Part shown: positions 1 to 8,769 of the stretch, piece by piece
Layout: the number at the start of each line of letters is the position of its first letter
Numbering within the stretch: position 1 is the first letter of the stretch
Assembly: GCA_046290225.1 (NCBI GenBank)
Contig: JBKAGE010000053.1
Location: 7,834 to 71,833 of the forward strand
Source: Bradymonadia bacterium
Lineage (GTDB): Bacteria; Myxococcota_A; Bradymonadia; UBA7976; UBA1532
DNA length: 64,000 nucleotides
Reading direction: 5' to 3'
Translations under genes and position numbers: made by a program
The notes under the pieces: model-generated
Seen by the model: the letters and a program-made list of their open reading frames with translations, nothing else
Databases searched by the model: none
Told to the model about the DNA's origin: nothing

Positions 1-1298
1 AGCGGGCTGCCGCCGTTGTTCACGCAAGCCACTCGGGCCTCGGGCTCCAGGCAGGCGGCGTCGCCGGTGGTGATGCAGCTGCGCATCGTCTCGTAGCAGC
101 TCTGCAGACACGTGGTCTTGTTGTTTGCCAGATCAGCAAGCTCAGTGACGCACTCGCACAGGCCGAAGTCGGCGCAGGGCACCGGCGTCATCGGCTCGTC
201 GGGGTTGGCGCAGAAGTTGTCAGCGTCTTCAGCAGAGCAGGGGTCACCCGTCACCGCTACTGGCAGGCTGTTGGCGCAGGTCTCTTTCGGATCGCGCTCG
301 TCCGAGTCGATCTTGCACTCGTTCTGGCAGACACCGAAGCGATCGAGGCAGCCACCATCGAACTGGTTGTGACCCGTCTCGCCGCTGGGCACGTCGACGC
401 AGGTCGCGGCGCTTGAGAGTCGCGGCGAGTCACCGGCCATGTCGGCGATGAGCGCGTCCACCTTGGGCACCGGGAAGCTGCCCTGGTTGCCTTGAGTCTC
501 GTAGAAGTCACCGCGGTTCGCCTCTGCCTGATCAGGATCGCAGTAGGCGAGGAAGTCGAAGCTGTCGGCCACCCACTCTGCGGCGTTGGAGCCCATCCCG
601 ATCACACCCTGCTCGGTGCGATCGTCCGTGGGCGACAGCGCCGGCAGGGGCTCATTGCCCGAGCAGTTGCCGTAAGCGATGCGGGCCTGGCCGTCGCCAG
701 AGGGGCCACAGCGATCGAGGGCGAGATCAGGGTTCTCCCAGACCGTCGTCCTTGAGGCGTCTCCCCGGCTGCGAGCGGCGAACTCCCACTCTGCCTCGGT
801 GGGCAGGCGGCCACCGCGGAAGCGACAGTAGGCCTCTGCCTGCTCATGGGTCACCCCGAGCACCGGGAAGGCGTCATAGGCGTCGTCATCGTTGGAGTAG
901 TACTTCGAGATCGCCCCGGGGCTGCCCGGCTGCCCGGCGCCGGTGGCCTTGGGCTTGGAGCACTCTTCACGGGCCACGCAGTGACGGTACTGCAGCACCG
1001 TCACCTCGTGCTGATCGATGCAGAAGTCGGAGACCGCCACCTCGGTGGTCAGGGTCTCTGACTGCTCGAAGGCATCGCAGCTCAGGGTGAGGCTGCCGTT
1101 GCTGGCCACCGCGGTAACGTCACAGGGATCCGCGTCGGTGGACCCCATGGTGAACTGACCACCCTCGATGAAGATGGCGGTGGTGGCCGCTGGTGGATCC
1201 TGACCCGCTGCGCAGCCCCCGATGGCGACGCCGGAGAGGGCGAGCAATGCCGCTGGGGTGAGGGAGCGGGTGGCGAAGCGCTTGATGTGAGTACGCAT
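1..1298 (-). CDS. FGE-sulfatase (formylglycine-generating enzyme family) lipoprotein with a Cys-rich C-terminal extension. Partial: the C-terminus runs off the window start.
   Basis: I translated the reverse complement myself, since it is not in the ORF track. Start MRTHIKRFATRSLTPAALLALSGVAIGGCAAGQD (signal plus lipobox) at ~1298, with GGGAGA 4 nt upstream. The frame is open to base 1. Hallmark FGE motifs are present: HEVTVLQYRHCV, FPVLGVTHEQAEAYCRFRGGRLPTEAEWEFAARS and GMGSNAAEWVADSF. A Cys-rich tail follows. Confidence 0.8.
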   Translation of the reverse strand, partial: MRTHIKRFATRSLTPAALLALSGVAIGGCAAGQDPPAATTAIFIEGGQFTMGSTDADPCDVTAVASNGSLTLSCDAFEQSETLTTEVAVSDFCIDQHEVTVLQYRHCVAREECSKPKATGAGQPGSPGAISKYYSNDDDAYDAFPVLGVTHEQAEAYCRFRGGRLPTEAEWEFAARSRGDASRTTVWENPDLALDRCGPSGDGQARIAYGNCSGNEPLPALSPTDDRTEQGVIGMGSNAAEWVADSFDFLAYCDPDQAEANRGDFYETQGNQGSFPVPKVDALIADMAGDSPRLSSAATCVDVPSGETGHNQFDGGCLDRFGVCQNECKIDSDERDPKETCANSLPVAVTGDPCSAEDADNFCANPDEPMTPVPCADFGLCECVTELADLANNKTTCLQSCYETMRSCITTGDAACLEPEARVACVNNGGSP

Positions 1299-1310
1299 GA
1301 TGTCTCCCAC

Positions 1311-2618
1311 TCAGAAAGTGAAGCCCAGGCCGGGGAAGGGTGCCCGGCGCGGCGCTGAGCCGATGCCCGAGGTCCCGCCGGGGGCCGTCACTGGCTGCTC
1401 GTAGTAGGGGTTCTTGTCCTTGTCGAGGATCACGTCGCGGTTGGCGTCCCAGATGAGCAGGCCGATGCCGATGGCCAGCAGGCCGCCGCCAACGCCGTAG
1501 CCGATGTTCTGGTAGCCCACCAGCTCGTCATAGCGTGCCGTGTCGTTGAACTCCTGGTCGGCGAAGTAGTAGGCCACCCCACCGCCGGCGAGGGCCAGCA
1601 CGCCCAGTACGTTCGAAGTCCAGCCCAGGCCCGATCGCCACGAGCTCACCGTTTCGGTGCGCACGAGGTAGGCGTTCACCCGGGTGGTGGCGCCCTTCTC
1701 CACGCTCACGTGCTCGTCGAAGCGGGTGTAGCCGTCTCGGGTCACCACCACCTGGTGGCGGCCCGCGGAGTAGGGCAGGGGCTCCTTGAAGGGGCTCAGG
1801 CCGACGTTCTTGCCGTCGATGTAGACCTGGGCGTCGATGACCGTGCAGTCCACGTGCAGCCAGCCGAGGTTCTGCACCTTGCGCAGGGCGAGGTTGAGGC
1901 GGAAGGGCTCCTTCACCTGCACCTCGATCTCCTGGCGGATCGGCTCGTAGCCCTCAAGCTCGATCCAGACGATGTGAGCCCCGGGGTTCACGTAGTTGCT
2001 GTAGGGGGTGGTGCCCACCACGCCGCGGCGGCGGTCGTCCACGTACACCTTTGCCCCAGGCGGATCGGAGTCGATGATCAGCTGCTGATCACGGACGATG
2101 CGCGCCTTGCAGTTGCGCCGCTGGGTGATGGCGCGATCTTTCTTGGGGCTCAGGGGCGCCTTCTCGATGAAGCGGTCCATGTAGTTCACACACTCGGACC
2201 AGCTCTCGAGCTGCTGATAGGCGATGGCGGTGCTGTAGAGCAGGTTCACGTCCCGCAGGATCTCGTAGGCCTGCTGGAACCGATCGATGGCCTCTTTGTA
2301 GCGACCCTGACCGTAGAGGGCCTGGCCCTCGTCCCACAGCGCGTTGGCCCGCTGCTTGTCGGCGTCGGAGATGTTCGACGCTGGCGGAGCAGCTGCGGGC
2401 GGCGGCGCAGCCGGTGGAGGCGCCGTAACTGCAGGGGCGGCGGGCGCCGGGGTGGCCGGCGGCGGTGCCGCTGCTGGGGCCGGGGCGGGCGCCGCCGGCG
2501 GGGGCTCTGCTGCAGGGGCAGCCGGTGGAGGGGTCTCTCCCCCTTCCTGCGCCGATGCCGGCAGGCAGAAGAGCACGATGCCAAGCCCCATCAAGAGGCG
2601 GAGAGCTGTGTGTGCCAT
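1311..2618 (-). CDS. PEGA-domain protein with signal peptide, Pro/Ala-rich linker, TPR-like segment and C-terminal TM helices.
   Basis: 435-aa ORF. N-terminal signal MAHTALRLLMGLGIVLFCLPASA. Two PEGA-like repeats (DPPGAKVYVDDRRRGVVGTTP.. and VIDAQVYIDGKNVGLSPF..). Hydrophobic C-terminus. Stop is 12 nt upstream of the FGE gene start. Confidence 0.7.
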   Translation of the reverse strand: MAHTALRLLMGLGIVLFCLPASAQEGGETPPPAAPAAEPPPAAPAPAPAAAPPPATPAPAAPAVTAPPPAAPPPAAAPPASNISDADKQRANALWDEGQALYGQGRYKEAIDRFQQAYEILRDVNLLYSTAIAYQQLESWSECVNYMDRFIEKAPLSPKKDRAITQRRNCKARIVRDQQLIIDSDPPGAKVYVDDRRRGVVGTTPYSNYVNPGAHIVWIELEGYEPIRQEIEVQVKEPFRLNLALRKVQNLGWLHVDCTVIDAQVYIDGKNVGLSPFKEPLPYSAGRHQVVVTRDGYTRFDEHVSVEKGATTRVNAYLVRTETVSSWRSGLGWTSNVLGVLALAGGGVAYYFADQEFNDTARYDELVGYQNIGYGVGGGLLAIGIGLLIWDANRDVILDKDKNPYYEQPVTAPGGTSGIGSAPRRAPFPGLGFTF

Positions 2619-2774
2619 ACGGCGAAAGCTCCTTTTCTGATCACCGGTTCGACCACAGAGCGGTGCGGCCTACCGGGGGGCACGATATGTCAGGTGCGTT
2701 CAGTGGGGCAAGGTCACGTTCGAGGGCTCCAAATCTGTGTCACGACTTGGCACACAGACGCCTCATTAAGTGGC

Positions 2775-3233
2775 TCAGTCATCACCATCATCGTAGTCGG
2801 CACCACCCCCACCTCCGCTGAAGCTCGACGGGGTGTGCACGTGGATGCTGCGGTGCCGGGCTCCCGGGCCCACGGGCTTCCCCTGTTTGACGTCGCGGAA
2901 CACGAAGAAGGCGAAGACGGGCACTGCGATGACAGGCATGGCGAAGATGATCGACGCGATGGGCAGATCGTCCCACATCGACCACGCGCCCACTGCGAAC
3001 ATGCCCAGGAGGGCGATGCCCGCCAGGCTGACGAAGCCGATCATGATCCAGGTCACCGCGTTCGCGCCTTTTTGCTTGCGGGCTGCACGCCGGGCCCGGG
3101 CCTCGCGTCGTGCGCGACGCTGCGACAACTTCTCTGCCCGTCGAGGCTCGGCGTCGGCCTGCTCGCGGGCGATGCGGGCTTCAGCGGCTTTGAGGCCCTT
3201 CATGCCCTGTTGTTTTTTACTGGACCGTGCCAT
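2775..3233 (-). CDS. Small membrane protein: basic N-terminus, two TM helices, Gly/Asp-rich tail.
   Basis: ORF 2775..3260. The likely start is MARSSKK at 3233, with GGAGA 4 nt upstream. Arg/Lys-rich cytoplasmic segment, then hydrophobic VTWIMIGFVSLAGIALLGMFAVGAW and IFAMPVIAVPVFAFFVF. Confidence 0.5.
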   Translation of the reverse strand: MARSSKKQQGMKGLKAAEARIAREQADAEPRRAEKLSQRRARREARARRAARKQKGANAVTWIMIGFVSLAGIALLGMFAVGAWSMWDDLPIASIIFAMPVIAVPVFAFFVFRDVKQGKPVGPGARHRSIHVHTPSSFSGGGGGADYDDGDD

Positions 3234-3377
3234 CGACTCTCCTGCGTGAGGGTTGAACAACCCCCTTGTGCCTCGGCGCCTGTGGTGGCACCAACTAGGC
3301 CCTCATCCACCGCAACTCGCCAGGGCCGAACCCCTCATTTCTGCCCGGTCGACGGCGGCTGACGGCGGCTTCCCAGG

Positions 3378-4073
3378 ATGAGGGGGCCGCCCCGACACCC
3401 CATCGGCAATGGGGCACAGGCTGACATGGGCGCGTTCAACGGTTCCCTCACCTATCGACAGTATTACATCAAAGACGCTCTCCCCGAGGGTTGGCAGGAC
3501 GCCTTCCAGGAGAAGATCACCAAGCATCTGTGCACGCCGGTCACTGCAGAGACCGAAGAGGAGCGCAGCATCGGGTGGTGCAACGCCGCTTTCTTGCTCG
3601 ACCTCGATCTGACGTCGGACAAGTGGCACTTCAACGAGTACATCGTGCTCGGCCTGCGCATCGACACCATCGCCGTGCCGGGGCCGCTGCTGAAGCTCTA
3701 CACCGAGAAGGAGATCCGTCGGCTGCAGGCCGAGCAGGGCCGCGAGGAGATCAACCGCTACGAGAAGGCGGAGATCAAAGAGCGGGTGAAGATCGACCTC
3801 AAGCGCAAGGTGTTCCCCAGCTACAAGACGGTGGACATGGTCTGGAACCTTGAGCAGGGGATCATGCGCTTCTGGAGCACCAACGAGAAGCTGAACCTCG
3901 AGTTCTGCGAGCTCTTCGAAGAGACCTTCGACGTAGAGCCGATCCTTGACACTGCTTACACCGCAGCCCTGCACGCCGATCTCGATCTGCCCGAGGAGCT
4001 GATCGCCCAGCTCCCCGATCTCGAGCCCTCGCTCTTCGCCGAGCTGCCCACCTTCAACCCCGGCCAGGAGTGA
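3378..4073 (+). CDS. rdgC: RdgC-like recombination-associated protein, N-terminal portion. The start may be the internal MGAFNG at 3426.
   Basis: Similarity to E. coli RdgC N-terminal half: FNGSLTYRQYYIK ~ FKNLMVYRL, and LQAEQGREEINRYEKAEIKERV..VDMVWNLEQGIMRFWSTN ~ [40 protein letters not shown]. Ends with an acidic tail and a TGA at 4071-4073. Confidence 0.55.
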   Translation: MRGPPRHPIGNGAQADMGAFNGSLTYRQYYIKDALPEGWQDAFQEKITKHLCTPVTAETEEERSIGWCNAAFLLDLDLTSDKWHFNEYIVLGLRIDTIAVPGPLLKLYTEKEIRRLQAEQGREEINRYEKAEIKERVKIDLKRKVFPSYKTVDMVWNLEQGIMRFWSTNEKLNLEFCELFEETFDVEPILDTAYTAALHADLDLPEELIAQLPDLEPSLFAELPTFNPGQE

Positions 4074-4077
4074 ATCG

Positions 4078-4605
4078 ATGAACCTGCTCGATTTGATCCA
4101 TCGCACCGCCTTCCTCGGCGGCGAGTTCCTCACCTGGCTGTGGTACCGCAGCGATCAGCAGGGGGGCGTGTTCCACCTCGGCGGCGAGATCGGCGAGATC
4201 GAACTCTGGTTCGACGATCGCCTCGTGGTCTCGTCGCTCTCCGTCGACGCCATGGAGAACCTCTTCAAGGGCGGCCACCCCACCAGCAGCGCTGAAGCCA
4301 TGGCGGCCCTCAAGAAGGGCAAGAAGGCCAGCGAGGCCAAGCTGCGGGCCATCAAGGGGGCCAAGGAGTGGTCCTTCATCTTGAAGGCTGAGGGGCTCAC
4401 CATCGGCAGCGTGAAGATCCCCGCGGTGTTGTCGAAGGAATACGACGACAAATTCTACGAGCGCATGATGCTCCTTGAAGAGCTCGATCAGATGGTCAAG
4501 GCTCTCTACCGACAGTTCCTGGTGTTGCGGGTCTCCCCCGAATGGGAAGACAAGGAGATCCCCGCGATCCAGAAGTGGGTGGCCGAAGGGGCCGAGTCCG
4601 CATAA
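4078..4605 (+). CDS. rdgC: RdgC-like protein, C-terminal portion. This is either a split rdgC or a disrupted gene.
   Basis: Starts 4 nt after the previous stop, in a different frame. EFLTWLWYRSDQQGGVFHL ~ RdgC ELTLTEWVRSGSAAQGFQL. The C-terminus DKFYERMMLLEELDQMVKALYRQFL ~ RdgC [28 protein letters not shown]. Confidence 0.5.
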   Translation: MNLLDLIHRTAFLGGEFLTWLWYRSDQQGGVFHLGGEIGEIELWFDDRLVVSSLSVDAMENLFKGGHPTSSAEAMAALKKGKKASEAKLRAIKGAKEWSFILKAEGLTIGSVKIPAVLSKEYDDKFYERMMLLEELDQMVKALYRQFLVLRVSPEWEDKEIPAIQKWVAEGAESA

Positions 4606-4625
4606 GCATTCGCAGGAGAGAGATC

Positions 4626-5714
4626 ATGCCCATGCACGCCGTCATCATGGCCGGAGGCTCTGGCACCCGCTTCTGGCCGCGCTCGCGAAAGGCGCGGCCG
4701 AAGCAGTTCTTGTCCATCGGCACCGAGCGGGCCCTGCTCGCGGAGACCGTGGCCCGTTTGAGCCCGGTCATCGAGGCCGATCAGGTCATGGTGGTGGCGG
4801 GCACCCGCCACGCCCCCCTCGTGGGCGAGGTGCTGCCCGAGCTCTCCGCTGAGGGCCTGGTCATCGAGCCTGCTGCCCGGAACACGGCGCCCTGTGTGGG
4901 CCTCGCGGCGATTCACATCGCCCGCAAAGATCCGAACACGGTGATGGCGGTGCTCCCTGCTGATCACCACATCCTCGACGAGAAGGGCTTCCGCCGTCTG
5001 CTGCTCGCCGCAGAGCAGCGGGCCGCCGCCGGGGAGATCGTCACCCTGGGCATCCGGCCCACCCGGCCCGAGACTGGGTATGGCTACATCCACTACGACG
5101 GCGCCGACGCCATCGCCACCGATCAGCGCGTTGACGCTTATCGGGTGCACCGTTTCGTGGAGAAGCCCCAGAAGGCCGTCGCCGAGCGTTACCTCGCCGA
5201 GGGCCACTACCTCTGGAACAGCGGCATGTTCTTCTTCACCGCCGCCCGCATCCTCGACGACATTCGCCGGTGCCTGCCCACCCTGCACCAGGCCCTCGAG
5301 CGCATCGGCGCCGCCCTCGACGAGGGCCCAGAGCGCTACAACGCGGTGCTGCAGGCCGAGTTCGAGGCCATCGAAGGCATCAGCATCGATTACGGCGTCA
5401 TGGAGCACGCCGAGAACGTCAGGGTGATCCCCGCGGACATCGGCTGGAACGACGTGGGGCACTGGGCCGCACTGGGTGACTTCGCCCCAGCGGACAAGCG
5501 GGGGAACATCGTGCAGGGCGACGCGGTGTTGATCGAGGCAGAGCGCAATGTCGTGCAGAGCGGCGCCGGTCGCCTCGTGGCCCTCGTGGGTGTGGAAGAT
5601 CTCGTGGTGGTCGACACCGAAGACGCGCTGCTCGTCTGCCCGAGAGATCGCGCCCAGGATGTCCGCAAGGTGGTGGACCGCCTCAAGGCCGACAAGAAGG
5701 AAGAGTTGCTATGA
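4626..5714 (+). CDS. manC: Mannose-1-phosphate guanylyltransferase (GDP-mannose pyrophosphorylase), short form without a cupin domain.
   Basis: MPMHAVIMAGGSGTRFWPRSRKARPKQFL is the canonical NDP-sugar pyrophosphorylase motif. GGAGAG sits 5 nt upstream of the ATG at 4626. 362 aa. Confidence 0.85.
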   Translation: MPMHAVIMAGGSGTRFWPRSRKARPKQFLSIGTERALLAETVARLSPVIEADQVMVVAGTRHAPLVGEVLPELSAEGLVIEPAARNTAPCVGLAAIHIARKDPNTVMAVLPADHHILDEKGFRRLLLAAEQRAAAGEIVTLGIRPTRPETGYGYIHYDGADAIATDQRVDAYRVHRFVEKPQKAVAERYLAEGHYLWNSGMFFFTAARILDDIRRCLPTLHQALERIGAALDEGPERYNAVLQAEFEAIEGISIDYGVMEHAENVRVIPADIGWNDVGHWAALGDFAPADKRGNIVQGDAVLIEAERNVVQSGAGRLVALVGVEDLVVVDTEDALLVCPRDRAQDVRKVVDRLKADKKEELL

Positions 5715-6169
5715 GCACACAGCGAAGGTCGATGCTGCGATGGTCCACATTGGGGGCGGTGGTGTTGATGCTGGCCCTCGTGGGCGCTGGGTGTGGTGGT
5801 GCCAAGGGACCGCCCCCCGATGACGACTCGCGTCGTGATCTGGCCAAGCCCATGCCCATGAACAAGGTGTTCACCGACTCGCTCACCTTCTCGGGCAAAG
5901 ACAAGAACGACTGGAAGCTCATCAACGTAGAAGAGCCGGGGCTCTTGTACGTCACCGTGCGCTTCGACGAGATCAACGCCGCATGCCGTGTGCACCTCGC
6001 CGACAAGTACGGTGCCAAGATCGCCCGTGAGGACAACGCCGGCCAGCCCCGCATCGAGATGGTGCGGGAGGTGAATCCCGGACGGTTCTTCATCTGGTTG
6101 GAGGCGGTAGACAACAGCTGTTCGAGTCAGTACTCCATAGAGGCGCGGCTCGATCCGTCGATCAGATGA
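5711..6169 (+). CDS. Hypothetical lipoprotein.
   Basis: ATGA overlap with the manC stop. Signal plus lipobox LMLALVGAGCGG. 152 aa, no recognisable domain. Confidence 0.5.
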   Translation: MSTQRRSMLRWSTLGAVVLMLALVGAGCGGAKGPPPDDDSRRDLAKPMPMNKVFTDSLTFSGKDKNDWKLINVEEPGLLYVTVRFDEINAACRVHLADKYGAKIAREDNAGQPRIEMVREVNPGRFFIWLEAVDNSCSSQYSIEARLDPSIR

Positions 6170-6226
6170 TCCGATACATGTCGAGCACCGCCCATCGATC
6201 TCAGTGCGAAGGAGTGTAGGCCCCAG

Positions 6227-7009
6227 ATGCCGCCTCAGAAGCCCATGCGATTCACCGCCGCCGGCGTCACCGACGTGGGTCAGGTGCGACAAGCCAACGA
6301 AGATGGCTACTCCATCGTGCCCCGCGAGAACCTCTGGATCCTCGCCGACGGCATGGGGGGTCACGCCTCGGGACAGGTGGCCAGCGCCATCGCCGTCGAG
6401 GCCATCGAAGATTTCATGACGCGCTGGCGTCACGAGCCCGACTTCCAGTGGCCCTTCGAGGTCATGGAGAGCCGTAGCCCCCACGAGAACGCCCTGGTGA
6501 ACGCCGTGCGGGTCTGCAACGTGCGGGTCTACAACCGGGCCCAGGTCGATCCGAGCTGCGAGGGCATGGGCACCACCATCGTGGTGATGCACCATCACCC
6601 CGACGTGGGCATGATCATGGCCCACCTCGGTGACAGTCGGGTCTATCGGTTGCGGGACGGCCAGCTGGTGCAGATCACCGAAGATCACTCTTTGGTGAAC
6701 CACCTGCGCAAGACCTACCACCTCTCCCTGGAAGAGGCCCGATCACGGGCGGGCAAGAACGTCATCGTGCGGGCCGTGGGCCTCGAAGACGACGTCGATC
6801 CGGAGCTGACCCTCGATCAGCCCATGAAGGGTGATCTCTACATGATGTGCTCCGATGGGCTCACCGATCTCGTGGACGACTGGATCGTACAGCAGATCCT
6901 CGCGGGCCTCGCCGACGAGCCTCAGGAGGCCTCTGAAGCGCTGGTGCGCGCCGCGAACCACGCCGGGGGCACCGACAACATCACCGTCATTGTGGTGCGC
7001 ATCACCTGA
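6227..7009 (+). CDS. PP2C-family Ser/Thr protein phosphatase.
   Basis: VTDVGQVRQANEDGY..ILADGMGGHASGQVAS and ..MCSDGLTD..GGTDNITVIVVRI are classic PPM motifs. AAGGAG upstream. Confidence 0.9.
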   Translation: MPPQKPMRFTAAGVTDVGQVRQANEDGYSIVPRENLWILADGMGGHASGQVASAIAVEAIEDFMTRWRHEPDFQWPFEVMESRSPHENALVNAVRVCNVRVYNRAQVDPSCEGMGTTIVVMHHHPDVGMIMAHLGDSRVYRLRDGQLVQITEDHSLVNHLRKTYHLSLEEARSRAGKNVIVRAVGLEDDVDPELTLDQPMKGDLYMMCSDGLTDLVDDWIVQQILAGLADEPQEASEALVRAANHAGGTDNITVIVVRIT

Positions 7010-7018
7010 GCGTCTCCC

Positions 7019-7471
7019 TCAATCGAGGGCAGCGCCTCCGATCTCCATCGCCTCCAGAAGCGCCATCACCCCACCCTGTAAATCACCATTTGTCAGCCGC
7101 TCGTGGGCTTCGAATTGAAGGTGCCGGCGCCAGGGCAGCCCTGCGAGGGCCTTCGCCGCCGCCATCGGGTCCCCGAGGGCGTGCCGAGCGGCGGCGCAGA
7201 GCCATTGGTGATAGCGCTGCAGGCGGGCTGGGGGTGGGTTCAGGCACGGCGAGCTCTCCAAGATCACCACCGCGTGCTGAGGATCCCCCAGCTTGAGCCA
7301 GCAGATGGCCAGCGCCAGCGCCGGGCGCGGATCAACAGGATCATCGTCGAAGGCTGCCTGGAAGGATTCCCGGGCAGAGGGCCAGAGTCCTCGCGCCGCT
7401 TCGTCGAGGCCGTCGCAGAAGGCGGCGTTGACTGTGGCGGGTGCTGGCCCGTGCGCCGAAGAGGAGGTCAA
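7019..7471 (-). CDS. Hypothetical protein, possibly TPR-like helical. Co-transcribed downstream of the pentapeptide-repeat gene.
   Basis: 150 aa. Its start overlaps the stop of the upstream minus-strand gene (ATGA coupling at 7468-7471). No motif recognised. Confidence 0.4.
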   Translation of the reverse strand: MTSSSAHGPAPATVNAAFCDGLDEAARGLWPSARESFQAAFDDDPVDPRPALALAICWLKLGDPQHAVVILESSPCLNPPPARLQRYHQWLCAAARHALGDPMAAAKALAGLPWRRHLQFEAHERLTNGDLQGGVMALLEAMEIGGAALD

Positions 7472-8667
7472 TCGAACTCCAGGTTGTGGAAGCGGCGGCT
7501 CAGAGGGCGATCGGACTTCTTGTCGTCCTTGCTCTCGGCCGCGGCGGGGGCCGCCGGCTGAGCGGAGGCTGCCGGCGCTGCGGGGGCACGGGCAGGGGCC
7601 CGGGCCGGGGTCGCCGGCGCCGCGCGGGGCGGTGTCGATGGGCGGGGTGGCTCGGAGGCGCGGTCCATGCTCACCTCGCGGGGGCCATCAGCGTCGACGT
7701 AGACTTTCTGGCCATCGACCTGAAACAGATCGAGCTCAGGGATGGTGAGGGTGCGCTTGAGGTGCGCCATGAGCCCGGGGAAGTCGAGGCCCGCGAGATC
7801 ACCGCCGAGGGCCTGATCAGGTGTGCCTGTGGGCAGGCCCTGCCCCAGCACGTACTCTTCGATGAGGGTGCGCAGCACCCGGCGCAGACGCTCGGGGGTC
7901 CACCCCTGATCTGCGCCGAGATCTTCGTAGATGCGCTCCCAGTCCTGCTCCGACATCGATGGACTCCCAGGGCCTCGGGTGCGGGGGAACAACCCCTCCG
8001 GCGGGGCGTCGCCCCAGTCTACCCGTGCCGTCTGACATTGGATCAAGGCTGCACCTTCCAGGGCCACATCGTCAAAATGAGCGCCGGAGAGATCACACCC
8101 CACCAGCAACGCGCCGGTGAGATCAGCCCCATAGAGATTGGCCGATTTGAGGTTGCACCCCACCAGCAGCGCCCCGCGAAGGTCGATGCGGGTGAGGGAG
8201 CTGCCCCCCAGCATGGGGTTGGCGAAGGACACGCCCACGAGGGTGGCGTCCTGCAACTCGAGGCCGTCGGTGTGGCCGCCCTTCACGTCTACCCTGGACC
8301 AGCGTGCCCCGGGCATGTGGGCCCCGGTGAGGTTGCAGTCTTCCACGGTGACCTGACGCAGGGTGATCTCGGCGGCGTTGATCTTGAACAGCGTGCAGTG
8401 ACTCAGGCCCGAGCGAGTGATCTCCGCAGACATCAAATCAGCGCGGCCGAGGTCGCAGCGGTGCAGCTGTGCGCCCCCTTCGATGCGGGCGTGATTGAGG
8501 CGCGCTTCCGCGAGACCCACCTGGCTCAGGGTGCACGCTTGCAGTACGACACCCTCGAGGGCGCGGCCCCGAAGATCTTGTTCTTGGATCCGGCCCCCGG
8601 CCACGATGGCACCGGGACCACTCAAGCGTCGATCAGAACCCATAGACACAGCGTGTGACATCCTCAT
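7468..8667 (-). CDS. Pentapeptide-repeat protein with a Pro/Ala-rich linker and a C-terminal RRFHNLEFD tail.
   Basis: About 200 aa of A(D/N)LXX pentapeptide repeats (ANLYGADLTGALLVGCDLSGAHF..). It ends ..SRRFHNLEFD*, which matches the C-terminus of the AAA+ ATPase at 10866..12452. Divergent from the FHA operon. Confidence 0.75.
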   Translation of the reverse strand: MRMSHAVSMGSDRRLSGPGAIVAGGRIQEQDLRGRALEGVVLQACTLSQVGLAEARLNHARIEGGAQLHRCDLGRADLMSAEITRSGLSHCTLFKINAAEITLRQVTVEDCNLTGAHMPGARWSRVDVKGGHTDGLELQDATLVGVSFANPMLGGSSLTRIDLRGALLVGCNLKSANLYGADLTGALLVGCDLSGAHFDDVALEGAALIQCQTARVDWGDAPPEGLFPRTRGPGSPSMSEQDWERIYEDLGADQGWTPERLRRVLRTLIEEYVLGQGLPTGTPDQALGGDLAGLDFPGLMAHLKRTLTIPELDLFQVDGQKVYVDADGPREVSMDRASEPPRPSTPPRAAPATPARAPARAPAAPAASAQPAAPAAAESKDDKKSDRPLSRRFHNLEFD

Positions 8668-8769
8668 GGTGCAAATCGCGAGATCCGCAAGATAGCGGAA
8701 GGATCCGCGGGTTGTAAGGGCACTGGGGCACAGCTATAGTCTGCCGGTTCGTATTGCTGGGAAGAGAGG
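8668..8769. promoter_or_regulatory. Divergent intergenic promoter region between the pentapeptide-repeat gene and the FHA/AAA operon.
   Basis: About 100 bp of non-coding sequence between divergent starts. No motif assigned. Confidence 0.4.

Noticed and set aside
2344-2640. Gly/Ala-rich 98-aa ORF on the plus strand.
   Set aside because: It is antisense to the Pro/Ala-rich linker of the PEGA protein gene and is a mirror-frame artefact.
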